DNA from: Mustelus asterias
Taxonomy: Eukaryota
DNA length: 64,000 bases
NCBI RefSeq assembly: GCF_964213995.1
Contig: NC_135816.1
Coordinates: 67,704,001-67,768,000, forward strand
Reading direction: 5' to 3'
Part shown: positions 27,401-38,678 of the stretch, piece after piece
How the letters are laid out: every line of letters begins with the position of its first letter
How positions within the stretch are numbered: the first letter of the stretch is position 1
Translations under genes and position numbers: made by a program
Notes under the pieces: model-generated
Databases searched by the model: none
What the model was told of the DNA's origin: nothing
Seen by the model: the letters and a program-made list of their open reading frames with translations, nothing else

Positions 27401-28150
27401 CCACTACCGGGAAGGGAGGTGGGGGTCCCCAGTCGGCAGTGACGCTAGCTGTTCACAATGGCAGGCATCCTCTTCTAAATCCCCCCACTCTACCCCTGGG
27501 TCACTATCCCGTGTTTTGGTCATGCATGCACACATTACACCCCTTTTTATGGCGAGCTGTGCTTTTAAATATTCAATCTGGCGCAGGCATTTGGAGTGGT
27601 CTGTTGCGCGGGCTATATTTACTTTTCCTGCTCGATGCAAAACTTTTACTGCAGCCTGTAGGTCGCTGCATTTACATTTAACTTCCTCTACCCATCGGGC
27701 GAACTTAAATGTGAGGATGGTTAGGTACACTGCCATAAGTAGGATTCCTATTACGGCCAGTTGTGACAGAATGTGGACCCATGGGTGGATTTGGACATTT
27801 GAACCCCAATCCCAGAGGTCCTCCCATTCAGCATGACTGGCCATAATTATTTCCTTTTAGGATTCGTCACTTGAGTATAGGTAAGGGATCATCGGGGTAG
27901 GAGTCTGGTTTTCACTAAATTCCCTCCTGTAGATTTTACCTAAATTCCCTACACTGTTTTAGTTCTAACTACAAAGTTTGTCCACCTTGTGTTACAGATA
28001 CCGGGTTTATGGCCCAATTTACTGGTTGAATCTGTATGAGTCCTTCGCTCACTTAAGACTGGCCGACACGTGGGGCGGCTGCCCTCTTAATTCAGGCTCA
28101 GACGGAGTGTTGGAGAATACCGGGTTGAAGGTTTGACTTTGGAGCAACGT
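24487..28150 (-). mobile_element. Internally deleted retrovirus-like (lokiretrovirus/NYNRIN-like) region: gag, connection and RNase H remnant, integrase C-terminus
   Basis: Frameshifted gag from 27844 to about 26550 (PTAPP, TPYTMTQL, GRLWNQF); LADNLTYGGEPHEC; RNase H IFVDGSS; integrase tail SPSVYKI..WYHVNQMK. Confidence 0.65.
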
Positions 28151-28151
28151 A

Positions 28152-29100
28152 TCACTTCTTATCAAAGTCCCACCAGAGTCGCCACTGTGGGGGCTGTGAT
28201 GGGGTAGTCTGATTTAGGGCTTGATAATCGATTGTGAGTCTCCAGGAACCTTCCGGTTTCCTTACCGGCCATATGGGGGAGTTGTTAGTGGAAGCAACAG
28301 GGCGCAGGACTCCTTGTTTTAATAAACTGCTAATCACCTTGGCCACTTCCCCTTCAGCTTGCTTAGGGAAGCCGTACTGTCTTTGGGGTTTAGGGTCAGG
28401 ACCTTCTATGATTACCTCCCCTGTTATTCGGCCGCAGTCATGCTTGTGACTGGCAAATGCCTGTGTGTATTTGGCTAATATACCCTGTGCTTCAGGGTCT
28501 TCCGTCATTTCTGTGGGCCTGATCTACAATTCTCCAAAAGTAGATATTCGGTCTACGTATCTGCCGGTGGCCACCTCGACTGGGGATTGACAGGTGGTTG
28601 GCATTTGCCAAATGCAACAGTTAGCGGGGTCAAATGATAGGTTGCATTTCCTCATCAGATCGGACCCTAGAATGTGCTCTGTCTCTGGGTGGAGTTTAAC
28701 CAAGATAGCTGGGTGATGACATATTATATTACCCAGTCGAAATTCTAATGGGTCTGTTTCCTAGCCTTCCTGTAAATGTCCCGTAAAGCCACTTAACATT
28801 ATTGTTTTCCTGATAGGCCAAGTGCAGCTGAGGTCACGGGATGCGTTAAGAGTGGTACGGGAACCCTCTGTGTCCCATAGGAACTCAATGGGGTGGCCTC
28901 CTACTTTGTCTTTTACAAGGGGTCTCCCTCCACTATCCCATTCAGTGTTGCAGACCCAAGTTGGGGAGGTCTGACATAGTCATGCTTCCAATCCGGAGTC
29001 TAATTGAGGGTAGAGGCTGAAAGGGGTGTTGGAGTCATCCACCGGGGTTGTGATGCATTGTCTGGCTGGGCCCTTGGGTACAGCACTGAACTGAGACTAA
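28152..29100 (-). pseudogene. Retrovirus-like gag C-terminus, in-frame TGA-CTA, protease and RT N-terminus
   Basis: SLYPQLDSGLEA-stop-LCQ..GRPLV..FLWDTEGSRTTL..ILGSDLM; RT PQRQYGFP..SLLKQGVLRP..NSPIWPVRKPEGSWRLTIDYQALN. Confidence 0.85.
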
Positions 29101-30321
29101 CTACAAGAACCACCAAGCGGAAGAGGAGAATCAATCCCAGTCAGCACTCGAGCAATCCTTATGGACACAGAACAACATGGTAAAAGCTGTGGAATTCTCC
29201 CAACCAGAGAATGGGATAGAGGCTCCAGGAAGTGTCAATGAGACACTAAGTGTCAATAAGATTCATAAAGATAAAATTAAGAGGAGAACAATCACATTCG
29301 ACCCATTATTTTACCCTTAAACGGAAATGTCTGGGGTTTAAGAAAACTTTTTCTTCAATAATTCTTTCACACAAATTAAATACACAATATTTTGGCTTCA
29401 AGTATGCTCTGAATAAATAATTTTAAGACAGAAGTGTCACAGACCTAGCATGGAAATGTTATGCTGCAATAAGTAAAAGCATAAATCTAAAATGCATTTA
29501 TGGAGTCATGCATGACAAGTCCTGCCAATGCCAAAGCCTTGTACTTCGTATTCAGCCGTAAATGACCTCTACTCTACCATTTAAATTATGGAGATAGGCC
29601 CTTGTCAAAGATCATTTGCACTGCCTACCTACCATACATTGAAAGTGAAAAGTCTGGAGGCGAGGTTAAATTTGCAAGACATGAATTATACTGACTAGGT
29701 GTGTAACGCAAGGCAACCAGAGAGGAATGATTTTCCATTTCAAATTCAAAATCCGAGGCATCATTAAAACATCTGGTTACCACACTCAGCCTTTCCCAAA
29801 TCCAGTCCCAGCTCTCACTGTGACAATCGTTTGTATTTAAAAAGAAGCATAGTGATATAAAACGTAGGTAGAAAAAATACAAAAAGCTACCCACTTATTT
29901 TTGTGCTTTTCTTTTTTTTTTGCAAAATTAAATTAATTTTGAAATATTTAATCAATTTCGCCATAATACATCTTGAATGGAGTGATTAAATTTACAAGCT
30001 CACTGCAAGGCAGAAGGTCAAGTGGAGACAACTGTGTTAATTTACTTAACATGATGACTGGATCAATCCATAGTAACACTTTTTCTGAATCAATCCTACA
30101 AATTATATATATTTTTATATAATTTAAAATGCTGATTTTGTGAAATGACAATTAAATAAAAAGCAAACACAGCAAGGGGAACTGTGCATGTATGCAATAT
30201 TAAAAGGACCCATGATTGCTTACACAATTCAGAAAACCCTGTTGAATGTACTTCATATCACAGTGACCAGAAACATTAAAATTTACAGAAAGAGGTCTGA
30301 CATGATTTCTGTTTTGGTTCC
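29100..30321 (-). other. Probable 3' UTR of the IFRD2-like mRNA fragment
   Basis: AT-rich sequence directly after the IFRD stop codon; ATTAAA (29947-29952) lies 25 nt upstream of an A10 tract (29912-29921). Origin of 29100-29895 is uncertain. Confidence 0.55.
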
Positions 30322-30492
30322 TCAAAGTACATCAGCTCTTTTATCCCGGACTTTGCTTCTTGCCTTGGTCCTTGCTTTGAATGCCGCAGAATTGTACAGA
30401 TGCTTTTCGAATCTTGAAATTTTGTTGGCCCTGATAGCAGCAGCATCGAGCATTAGAGGAGGACCCAGTTCAAAGATATCCCGCAGCAAATC
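30322..30492 (-). pseudogene. IFRD2: 5'-truncated processed copy of the interferon-related developmental regulator 2 C-terminus
   Basis: DLLRDIFELGPPLMLDAAAIRANKISRFEKHLYNSAAFKARTKARSKVRDKRADVL-stop matches the IFRD C-terminal domain; the VRDKRADVL ending is IFRD2-like (IFRD1 ends CRDKRADVGEFF); no intron. Confidence 0.85.
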
Positions 30493-30506
30493 CCTGAAGC
30501 TTTCAA

Positions 30507-32175
30507 TGTACCCCAAGAATTTTATCATTCATATTTGTCATTCAATGTGAAATTGCTTCTTGTAAGACATTGAGGGCTGCCCTCACTGAATGGCCATGTC
30601 CTCTCCTCGATGATCCATGCAGGAGAATGTTGTCCATATGGAATATCCCTCCTTCCGTGCCTTCCAGTGTCTGAAACATTATTCTTTGGAATACTTCAGG
30701 TACAGAAGCAATTACAATCTGTTTAAACAATAACAACCAAAAAGGGTGATAGAAGTAATTAACAATCTGGATTCTTTATCCAGAGGCAACTGCCAAAAGC
30801 CACTGTTCATATATAATTTTGTGAATATGCTATTTAATTTATAATAAATTGTAATAAATTATTTAATTTATAATACATAATTTTGTGAATATGATGCTAT
30901 TTGCTAATTTGGCAATACTTTCATCCATTAATGCCATTGGCATCAAATATTGTGCTCTACTGACCTGCTTAATTGAGTCAAACCCATTTAACTTCATTAG
31001 GAACACCCGAGCTAATACTGAGATTGAAATTCGTGGGGTGACCATCAACTTCCAATTTAACCTTCTGATAATTATTTTCTGTTTCATTAAGGGTGGCACA
31101 GTGATACAGTGGTTAGCATTGCTGCCTAACAGTGCCAGGGACCCGAGTTCAATTCCAGCCTTGGCTGACTGCCTGTGTGGACATTTTCCCCATGTCTGTA
31201 CAGGTTTCCTCCAAAGATGCGCAGATTAAGAGCTTGGCCACACTAAAAGTGCCCCTTAGTGTCAGCAAGACTAACAAGGTAAATATGTAGGTTACAGGGA
31301 TAGGGCTGGGTGGGGTTGTTGTTGGTGCAGGCTTGATGGGTTGAGTGGCCTCCTTCTGCACTGTAGGGACTCTATGATTCTATTCTACTAAGATGATTAT
31401 TTGTTTCTGATGTGGCTGTTCTCCTTCTTGCATTTTATTTGGTTTCACTGTTATTTTTCTTCCGATGTGCTATGTGAACTTTGGATTTGCAAACTACTTT
31501 AAAATATCCCAACATCTTACAGTTGTGCCACCCAGCTCCCCCTGCTGGGCATCCTTCCCACTTGTGTAGGGTTTCCCACCACACCAAGACCAAGATGGCG
31601 GTTGGTGCACTTTTCCTGATTTTGTAGCCTTTTGCTTCACCATGCTTTCTCTTTTTATTCCAAAGGAATAAAACCACGGTCCTTAGCTTCATAATTTCAG
31701 TCAGCTCCTGTTGAGGGTGGGAAATCTCTGACAGCAACTTCTGGGTTTCTGCATTCTGCACCAGAGGTTGCTGCCCAATTAACCCCCATTATAAGGGAAA
31801 GTATCAGTAGTCTCAATGTTATTATTATAACGGATTCCAGACCATTTAATGTCTGTCTCTTTAGGGAAAGAAAATGGGTGGGATTTCCCACATCCCTCGT
31901 CCCACTGACCATGGTGTGTTTTGTGGAGGGGGGTATCATTGGCTAGCGGTGGAACAATGGGTTTTCCATGGATTGTCCCCTCCACCACCAGAGAACTGCA
32001 GCAAGCGGATGATATTGGTGGGATTGGAAGATTCCACCAACGGGGACAGCCAGAAAATTTTGGCCAATAAATGTAGGTCGCTTCTGTTCATGACTGTTAG
32101 GCTGGAAGGCTTGACTCTTAGATAAGGGTGACTGAGTGAGGGTTCCTTCAGTGTGGCTGAGTCTACATTTCACCT
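30507..32175 (-). mobile_element. Decayed Gypsy element, 5' half (gag zinc-knuckle remnant and RT)
   Basis: CPA..HNCKMLGYFKVVCKS; IFTKL..SGFWQLPL; PEVFQRIM..HMDNILLHG (YMDD remnant); TLNDK..IKFLGY. The 5' boundary is approximate. Confidence 0.8.
31091..31387 (+). mobile_element. HE1-type V-SINE nested in the Gypsy element
   Basis: tRNA head, partial core, CR1-type tail. Confidence 0.82.
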
Positions 32176-32499
32176 TTGTAAAGAAATTCCTTCTCTGGAC
32201 CCCAAATCCAGGAGCTTACATAGGAATTATCAAGTAAAATAATTTGCCTGCTGTGAATAAAATTGTGACAATTGTCACCAAAACAACAGTAAGGTGTTTC
32301 TCCACAACATGGAGAAAGTCAAATATATATTTTAAAGAAGGCAAGATCTCCTAATTTTATATTCTAAATTTGAAAGGAAAACAGTCAAACACTCAGCAAA
32401 TTCCTGCAACTCAGAGCAGCAACCATTTTAAATAGATGAGCATCATTAATGGAGTGAGTAGGTGAATAACATCACTTACTTATGCAAAAGATCAATTTG

Positions 32500-32660
32500 C
32501 ATGAAAACAAAAGAGAAAATGCTGGAAAATCTCAGCAGGTCTGGCAGCATCTGTAAGGAGAGAAAAGAGCTGACGTTTCGAACCCAGATGATCCTTTGTC
32601 TGAGATTTTCCAGCATTTTCTCTTTTGGTTTCAGATTGCAGCATCCGCAGTAATTTGCTT
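32500..32660. mobile_element. Penelope-like inverted terminal remnant (hairpin)
   Basis: AAAAGAGAAAATGCTGGAAAATCTCAG and its exact reverse complement about 65 nt downstream; degenerate CGAAACGTCAG on the minus strand. Confidence 0.65.
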
Positions 32661-33419
32661 TTATTCATTTGCATGAGATTGCCCAAATTATAACTTGTAA
32701 CTGGACTCTAATGATCTAGCTTTGAGGCCTTCATAAACACTAAGAAATGTGGCCTCACTTCAATTCAACAGCTCATGAATCCAGGTGCTCAGTTCAGTGA
32801 GTTTTGCGCTCAGAAATGCTCCAGAATATTTATGGAGCTGACCATCACTTAACTGGCTCTATAGTGCCTTTGCTAGTTGCATCATTGGAGGCAGAACCAA
32901 ACCGCTGTGCAACACATGTTGCCAATTCCCTTGCTACACTTCAACTTATTGATGTTTCAGAACAGACTGCTTGTTTTTGATAGTACAAAAATTCACTGAG
33001 TTAATAGATTTCAATTAGCAGGGACATCTATGTTTAAACGAGCTCTGTAGATTGTTTTTTCCTGTGTTATAATCAATATCTGCATTCAGTGCCAAATGTA
33101 CCCTGCTCAGAGTTAAAGACTGACACCATCTACAACTCAATTACAAAAGCACATTGTGATAATTGGAGATGGATTACGCAAACAGGTAATGATCTCACAA
33201 TAGAATCGGAAGGCAAAGCAGCAAAGTTCGTTGTCAGGTCAGCATGTAGAGTGGGTAATGAATTGAAAACATTGTTTTTCTTCTTATTATCAAATTCTCC
33301 CCTTCTGAAGATACTAAGTCATATGGGGAATGTTCCATGGCTGCTGGCAGTACTCTGGTACCTCACACTATTGTTCATTATTCATGTTTGAGTCCTACCT
33401 GCAGCTAACCCAATGTCCA

Positions 33420-35630
33420 TATAGAATCACAGAATGGATACCGCAGATAGGGGCCTGTCATCCCATTATGGATGAGCCCCGTAGCCCTGCAAATTATTCC
33501 TTTTCAGATAATGATCCAATTCCCTTTTGAAAGCTTCAATTGATCCCACATCCACCGCCCTCTCCGGCAGTGTATTCCAGATCTCAACTCACTGCGACAC
33601 GAAAAAGATTCTCCTCATGTTGTCATTGCTTCTTTTACTAATTACTTTTAAAGTGTGCTTGATCCTTCCACCAACAGAAACAGTTTCCAGACTCCTCATG
33701 ATTTTGAATATCTCTACCAAATCTCCTCTTAATTTTATCATCTCTAACTTCTAATTGTCCTAACTTCTCCTGTCTTTTTATGTACCTGATGTTCCTCATC
33801 CTTGGCACCATTTTTATGACTCTTTCCTGTATCCTCCTTCATGCCTTCACATCCTTTCTAAAGTGTGGTGCCCAGAACTGGACAAAATGCTCCAGTTGAG
33901 GCCAAACCAATGCTTTATACAGGTTTAACATAACTTATTTGCTTTTCTACTCTATATCTCTATTAATAAAACCTAGGGTGCAGAATGCTTTATTAATTAA
34001 GCACTCAAACTCTCCTGCCACTTTCAATGATTTATATACATGTACATCCAAGTCCCCCCTGCTCCTGCACTCCTTTTAGAGTTGTACACTTTATTATACA
34101 TGGGGCGGAAGATTTAATAGCAGGTGGGCCTGGGTGGGGCTGGCGGGCCTGGGTGGGGCTGGCGGGCCTGGGGGGGAGGGCGGGCCTGGGGGGGAGGGCG
34201 GGCCTGGGGGGGAGGGGGGGCCTGAATTGTAAGTTTCCCATTGGTGTTAATTTGCAGCTGGAATGTGCTGCAGGTCATGGTGTGTCACCATTCCCACCAG
34301 AGGCCAGCGTGAAACCACTTTGCATCCCGTTAATGGGATGCTGGTGAAGACACAACTAGTATTATGTGTGCCACTCTTCTGCCTGTTCCAACAACCCTAT
34401 GTCCTTTTGTCCTATTGTCCTCTTCACAGCTCACAGTGCTATCAAGTTTTGTATCACCACAAATTATGAAATCGACAAAAGGTCTATGTCATTAATATGT
34501 ATCAGTCAGAGCAAAGGTCCTAACATCAACCCCTGGTGACCCCCACTATAAACATTCCTCCAATTCAAATAACAACCATTCACCATTACTCATTGCTTTC
34601 TGTCACTCAGTCAGTTTCATAACCATGTGGATGCAGTGGCCATAATTTTAGGATCTTCCATAGCCTCAGGGTTGGAGCCAGTGGACTGCAGAATTGAAAA
34701 TATTACAACCTTGTTCAAAAAAAGGGTGTAAAGATAAAACCAGCAATTAAGTACAATCAGTGTAACTCAGTGGTGGGGAAACTCCTAGAAATGATCATTT
34801 GGGTCAAAATCTAATTGTCACTTGTGCCAACGAGGGCTAATTAAGAAAAGCCAACACATTGTCCCTACTGTCCCTTTTATTCCATGAGCTCTTAACTTTG
34901 CTCAAAGTTCTGTTATATGGTACTTTATCAACTGCTTTTCAGCAGCTATGTCCACCACATTAACGCTATTATCTTCATCAACAGTATTATCCTCTTCAAT
35001 CCTTCTGTTACCTCATTAAGAAACTCAACAAGTTAGTTAAACATAATTTATCCTGAAAACAAATGTGTTGGCTTTTCTTAATTAACCCTCGTTGGCACAA
35101 GTGACAATTAGATTTTGACCTAAATGATCATTTGTAGGAGTTTCCCCATGACTGAGCTAAATTGATTGCACTTAATTGCTGGTTTGATCTTTACACCCTT
35201 TTTTTGAACAAGGTTGTAATATTTTCAATTCTCAGTCCACTGGCTCCAACCCTGAGTCTAAGGAAGATCCTAAAATTATGGTCACTGCATCCACAATTTC
35301 TGTTCTCACTTCCTTCCATATCCTTGGATACATCTCACACGGACCTGATGCCGTATCCAATTTAAGTACTGACATCCTATCCAGCATCACCTCTGTATCA
35401 ATTTTAAATTGTTCAAATTCTTCTTTCAACCTGGACCTGCAGAGCATCAACTTCTTTGGTGGAAAGTATTTATTTTAGAACTCTGCTATGACCCTTGCCT
35501 CTGTGCATAAATCCCATTTTTGGTCCATAATTTGGCCCACTACTTCTCTGGCTACTCCTTTCTATTTATATAGCTTTAGAAAATGTTTCAATTCCTTTTT
35601 ACATTAGCTGCCAGTCTCTTCTCAGACTGG
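33420..35630 (-). mobile_element. Old CR1 LINE with a G-rich insertion (about 34101-34345) and an internal inverted duplication
   Basis: CR1 tail at 33420; HLEH.VQFWAP, PQGLMLG and SGP..MYPRIWKE motifs on the minus strand. Confidence 0.75.
34124..34222 (+). repeat. G-rich 18-bp tandem repeat (GGCGGGCCTGGGGGGGAG-like, about 5 units)
   Basis: Direct inspection. Confidence 0.85.
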
Positions 35631-35639
35631 CAGCTAACT

Positions 35640-36432
35640 GACAACTTAGGAAAAGGGGAAGTGCAACGTGACCATGGTGGAACAGTCACTGAAGGTTGGC
35701 ATGCAGGTACAGCAGGCAGTGAAGAAAGCTGATGGCATGCTGGCTTTCATAGCAAGAGCATTTGAGTATAGGAGTAAAGATGCCTTGTTGCAGTTATATA
35801 GGGCCTTAGTGAGGCCACACCTTGAGTATTGTGTGCTGTTTTGCTCTCCTAGTCTGAGGAAGGACATTATTGCTATTGAATGAGTCCAGCAAAAGGCTCT
35901 CCAGACTGATTCCTGGGATGGAAGGACTGACATATGTGTCGGAATTTTACCGCGTCGCCCACCCGAGGCTCGTAAGATCCCGCCCGAGGCCAACGGAGAA
36001 TGCCATTCTGTGAGCCGCGCCTGCTCTGATTCTGAGGCAGGCTTGGTGGTAAAATTCCAGTCATGAAGAGAGACTGGATCGACTGGGCTTGCACTCACTG
36101 GAATTTAGAAGAATGAGAGGGGTTCTCATAGAAACATATAAAATCCTGATGGGACTGGATGCGGGAAGAATGCTCTCAATTTTGGAGAAGTCCAGTCTAA
36201 GAATAAGGGGCAAGCCACTCAGGATTAAGATGCGGAAGAGCTTCTTCACTCAGAGAGTTGTAAACCTGTGGAATTCTCTACCACAGAAGCCGTTGGGGCC
36301 AGTCCGTTAGATATGTTCAAGAGTGGGTTGGATGTGGCCCTTCTGGCTAAAGGGATCAAGGGGTATGGTGCAGACTTGAAGGGCCGAATGGTCTACTCCT
36401 GCACCTATTTTCTATGCTTCTATATTTCTATG
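35640..36432 (+). mobile_element. CR1 3' end split by a MITE
   Basis: LYRALVRPHLEYC, RRMRG.LIETYK, FFTQRVVNLWNSLP and a CR1-type tail. Confidence 0.9.
35937..36062. mobile_element. Harbinger-type MITE
   Basis: GGAATTTTACC / GGTAAAATTCC TIRs with 3-bp TSD ATG; removing it restores the CR1 sequence ACATATGAAGAG. Confidence 0.8.
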
Positions 36433-37310
36433 AACATCGAGAGATTCTTCACCCTTAAAGGTGTTCAGAAGAGAGAGAGAGAGAGAGAGACAGAGGTAAA
36501 AGTATGGAAAATCTGCTCACAGACAGCATATAGCTTTGCAGATCTTCCTATCCTCCATTATTGGGTTCTTTGATGAATCTGGACATCTCCTAACACGGGA
36601 CAAGCTGACAAAGGCTGTCAGATTGTTTGAGATGAGTAAAACTACCAGAAGCGATGGTTTACCAGCTGAGTTGTATTTGATTTTGTGGTATTTGATCAGT
36701 CAAGACTTTATTCCACTCAGGTGCCTTACCTCACAGAAAGGTTTGTGTGAAAAGATTTTTGATTAGGAGTCCATCAGGAAGTGGCCCACATGTCAACCTC
36801 CTCAAGGCCCTGGAGGAAAAGGAGACAGAGAATCTTATCAGATGGCTCCCTGAGCAGTCCGTCAAAGTCATTTGGCAGAATACCTCTTCACCAGAACTTT
36901 CAAACAAGCACGAAGATGGCTGGTGATGTTAAGGGTCCTTCCCTGTCAGGTCCTTCAAATATACTCAGAGGCAGCTGGAGTAGGAGAGACTGTTAACTGA
37001 CTCCTTGTGGAACGTACATTTGCAAAGTAGATCTGGAAAGGGATGCAGTCATTTATTTGTCAACTGTTCACTCTCAGAAATTCCATGACGCAAGACTCTG
37101 TACTCTACTGGCTCCCAGAGACACACACCAGGTTAAACATCAACTGGGCACCATCTGTTCAATGAAAGACACTCCTTTGTCTGCCCAAAACTTGCTGCTC
37201 TTCCAGAGCAAAAAGCTATTGACAGCTACGTTTGGCAGACTTGTGCATTCCAAGGTCCAGCACTACATGTTGAGGGATGCATTAAAGCCTGGGACAGCCG
37301 TTGTATTTTA
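36433..37310 (+). mobile_element. Internally deleted L1/Tx1-clade LINE remnant
   Basis: LTKAV..SKTTRSDGLPAELY and C-terminal LSAQNLLLFQ..RLVHSKVQHYMLRDALK motifs. Confidence 0.6.
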
Positions 37311-37559
37311 GTTGATATTTGCTGGATTGTTCTTCATTTTTTTGCACTTTTGAGTTACGGTTCTGATATTCTTCTTCATTAACCTTCATTTCTGTTGTCT
37401 TATATGCCATATTTTCCATAAAGGTCAGGTATTCTTTTAGGGAGGAGTGGGAACTTATTATGAAAATCTGGATAATTGCGATGTGAAAGAGGAGTTCACA
37501 AGGCTGGAACAAATGCTCCCAGGGAATTTTGGCCACATCACATTTTGCCACGGCAATTT

Positions 37560-38678
37560 ACCTAGTGGATTAACCCTGGGTTTATCCTCTCTACCTTGCA
37601 AGGTGGCTTTGCTGTTGTGAGTAACTTGTTCTTGTTTTCCCACCACTGCAACTTCTCCTTCATTCACACTGCTTCTTTAGTGATAATGATGATTTCTAGG
37701 TCCTCACCTGCCTTCTTGTCATTAATTTTTGGTGTGTTATTTGTGTCTTCTACTGCAAAGACTGACACAAAATACCTGTTCATTGCCTCAGCCATTTCCC
37801 ATTATTAAATCCCCCTTCTTCTCCTCTAAAAGATCAATGTTTACCTTAGCCACTCTTTCTTTTTATACATTTGCTATCTGTTTTTATGTCCTGAGCTAGC
37901 TTACTCTCATAATCTATCTTACTTTTCTTTATAGCTTTTCTTGTGGCTTTCTGTTAGCCTTTAAAGATTTTCCAATCCTCTAATTTACCACTAATCTTTG
38001 CCACTTTGAATGCATCTTCTTTCAATTTATACCCTCCTTTATTTCCTTAGATATCCATGGCTGATTATCCCTTTTTCTACAGTCCTTCCTTTTCAACTGG
38101 TATATACTTTTGCCGAGGGCTGTGAAAAAAACACTTTGAAAGTCCTCTACTGTTCCTCAATTGTTCCAGCATAAAGTTTTTGCTCCCACTCTATCTTGGC
38201 CAACTACTCCCTCATTTCATTGCAGTTTCCTTTGTTTGAGCACAAGACAAATGGTATTGGATTTTTCCTTCTCGCACATCTGTATTTTAAATTCAACCAT
38301 ACTGTGATCACTCCTTCCGAGAGGATCCCTAACTGTGAGATCATTAATTATTCCTGTCTCATTACACAGAACCAGATCGAGGATAACTTGCTCCCTCATA
38401 GGTTCCATTACATACTGTTCGAGGAAACTATCGCGGATACGTTCTATCAGCTCCTCCTCAAGGCTGCCTTATCTGACCTGTTTTGACCAATCAACATGTG
38501 GATTAAAGTCCCCCATGATAATTGCAGTACCATTTTACTTGCATCAGTTATTTCCTTGTGTATTGCTTGCCCAACCATGATATTATTATTTGGCGGCATT
38601 AAGACTACACTTATTGGTGACGTTTTCTCCTTACTATTTCTAATTTCCACCCAAATGGAATCAATGCTTTTCTCCATA
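37560..38678 (-). mobile_element. CR1 endonuclease-region fragment
   Basis: SIWVEIRNSK..PPN and ILDLVLCNE..LGRSDHSMVEF. Confidence 0.85.

Noticed and set aside
30322-30528. Functional IFRD2 gene
   Set aside because: Only the last 56 codons are present, with no upstream exons or clear splice context, and it is embedded in a retrotransposon.
30188-30550. Plus-strand 120-aa ORF with a hydrophobic stretch
   Set aside because: It is the antisense shadow of the IFRD2-like coding fragment.
32560-32605. Hammerhead ribozyme in the older Penelope-type remnants (also about 5700 and 58530)
   Set aside because: A GAAAC-like half is present or degenerate, but the CUGANGA core is missing.
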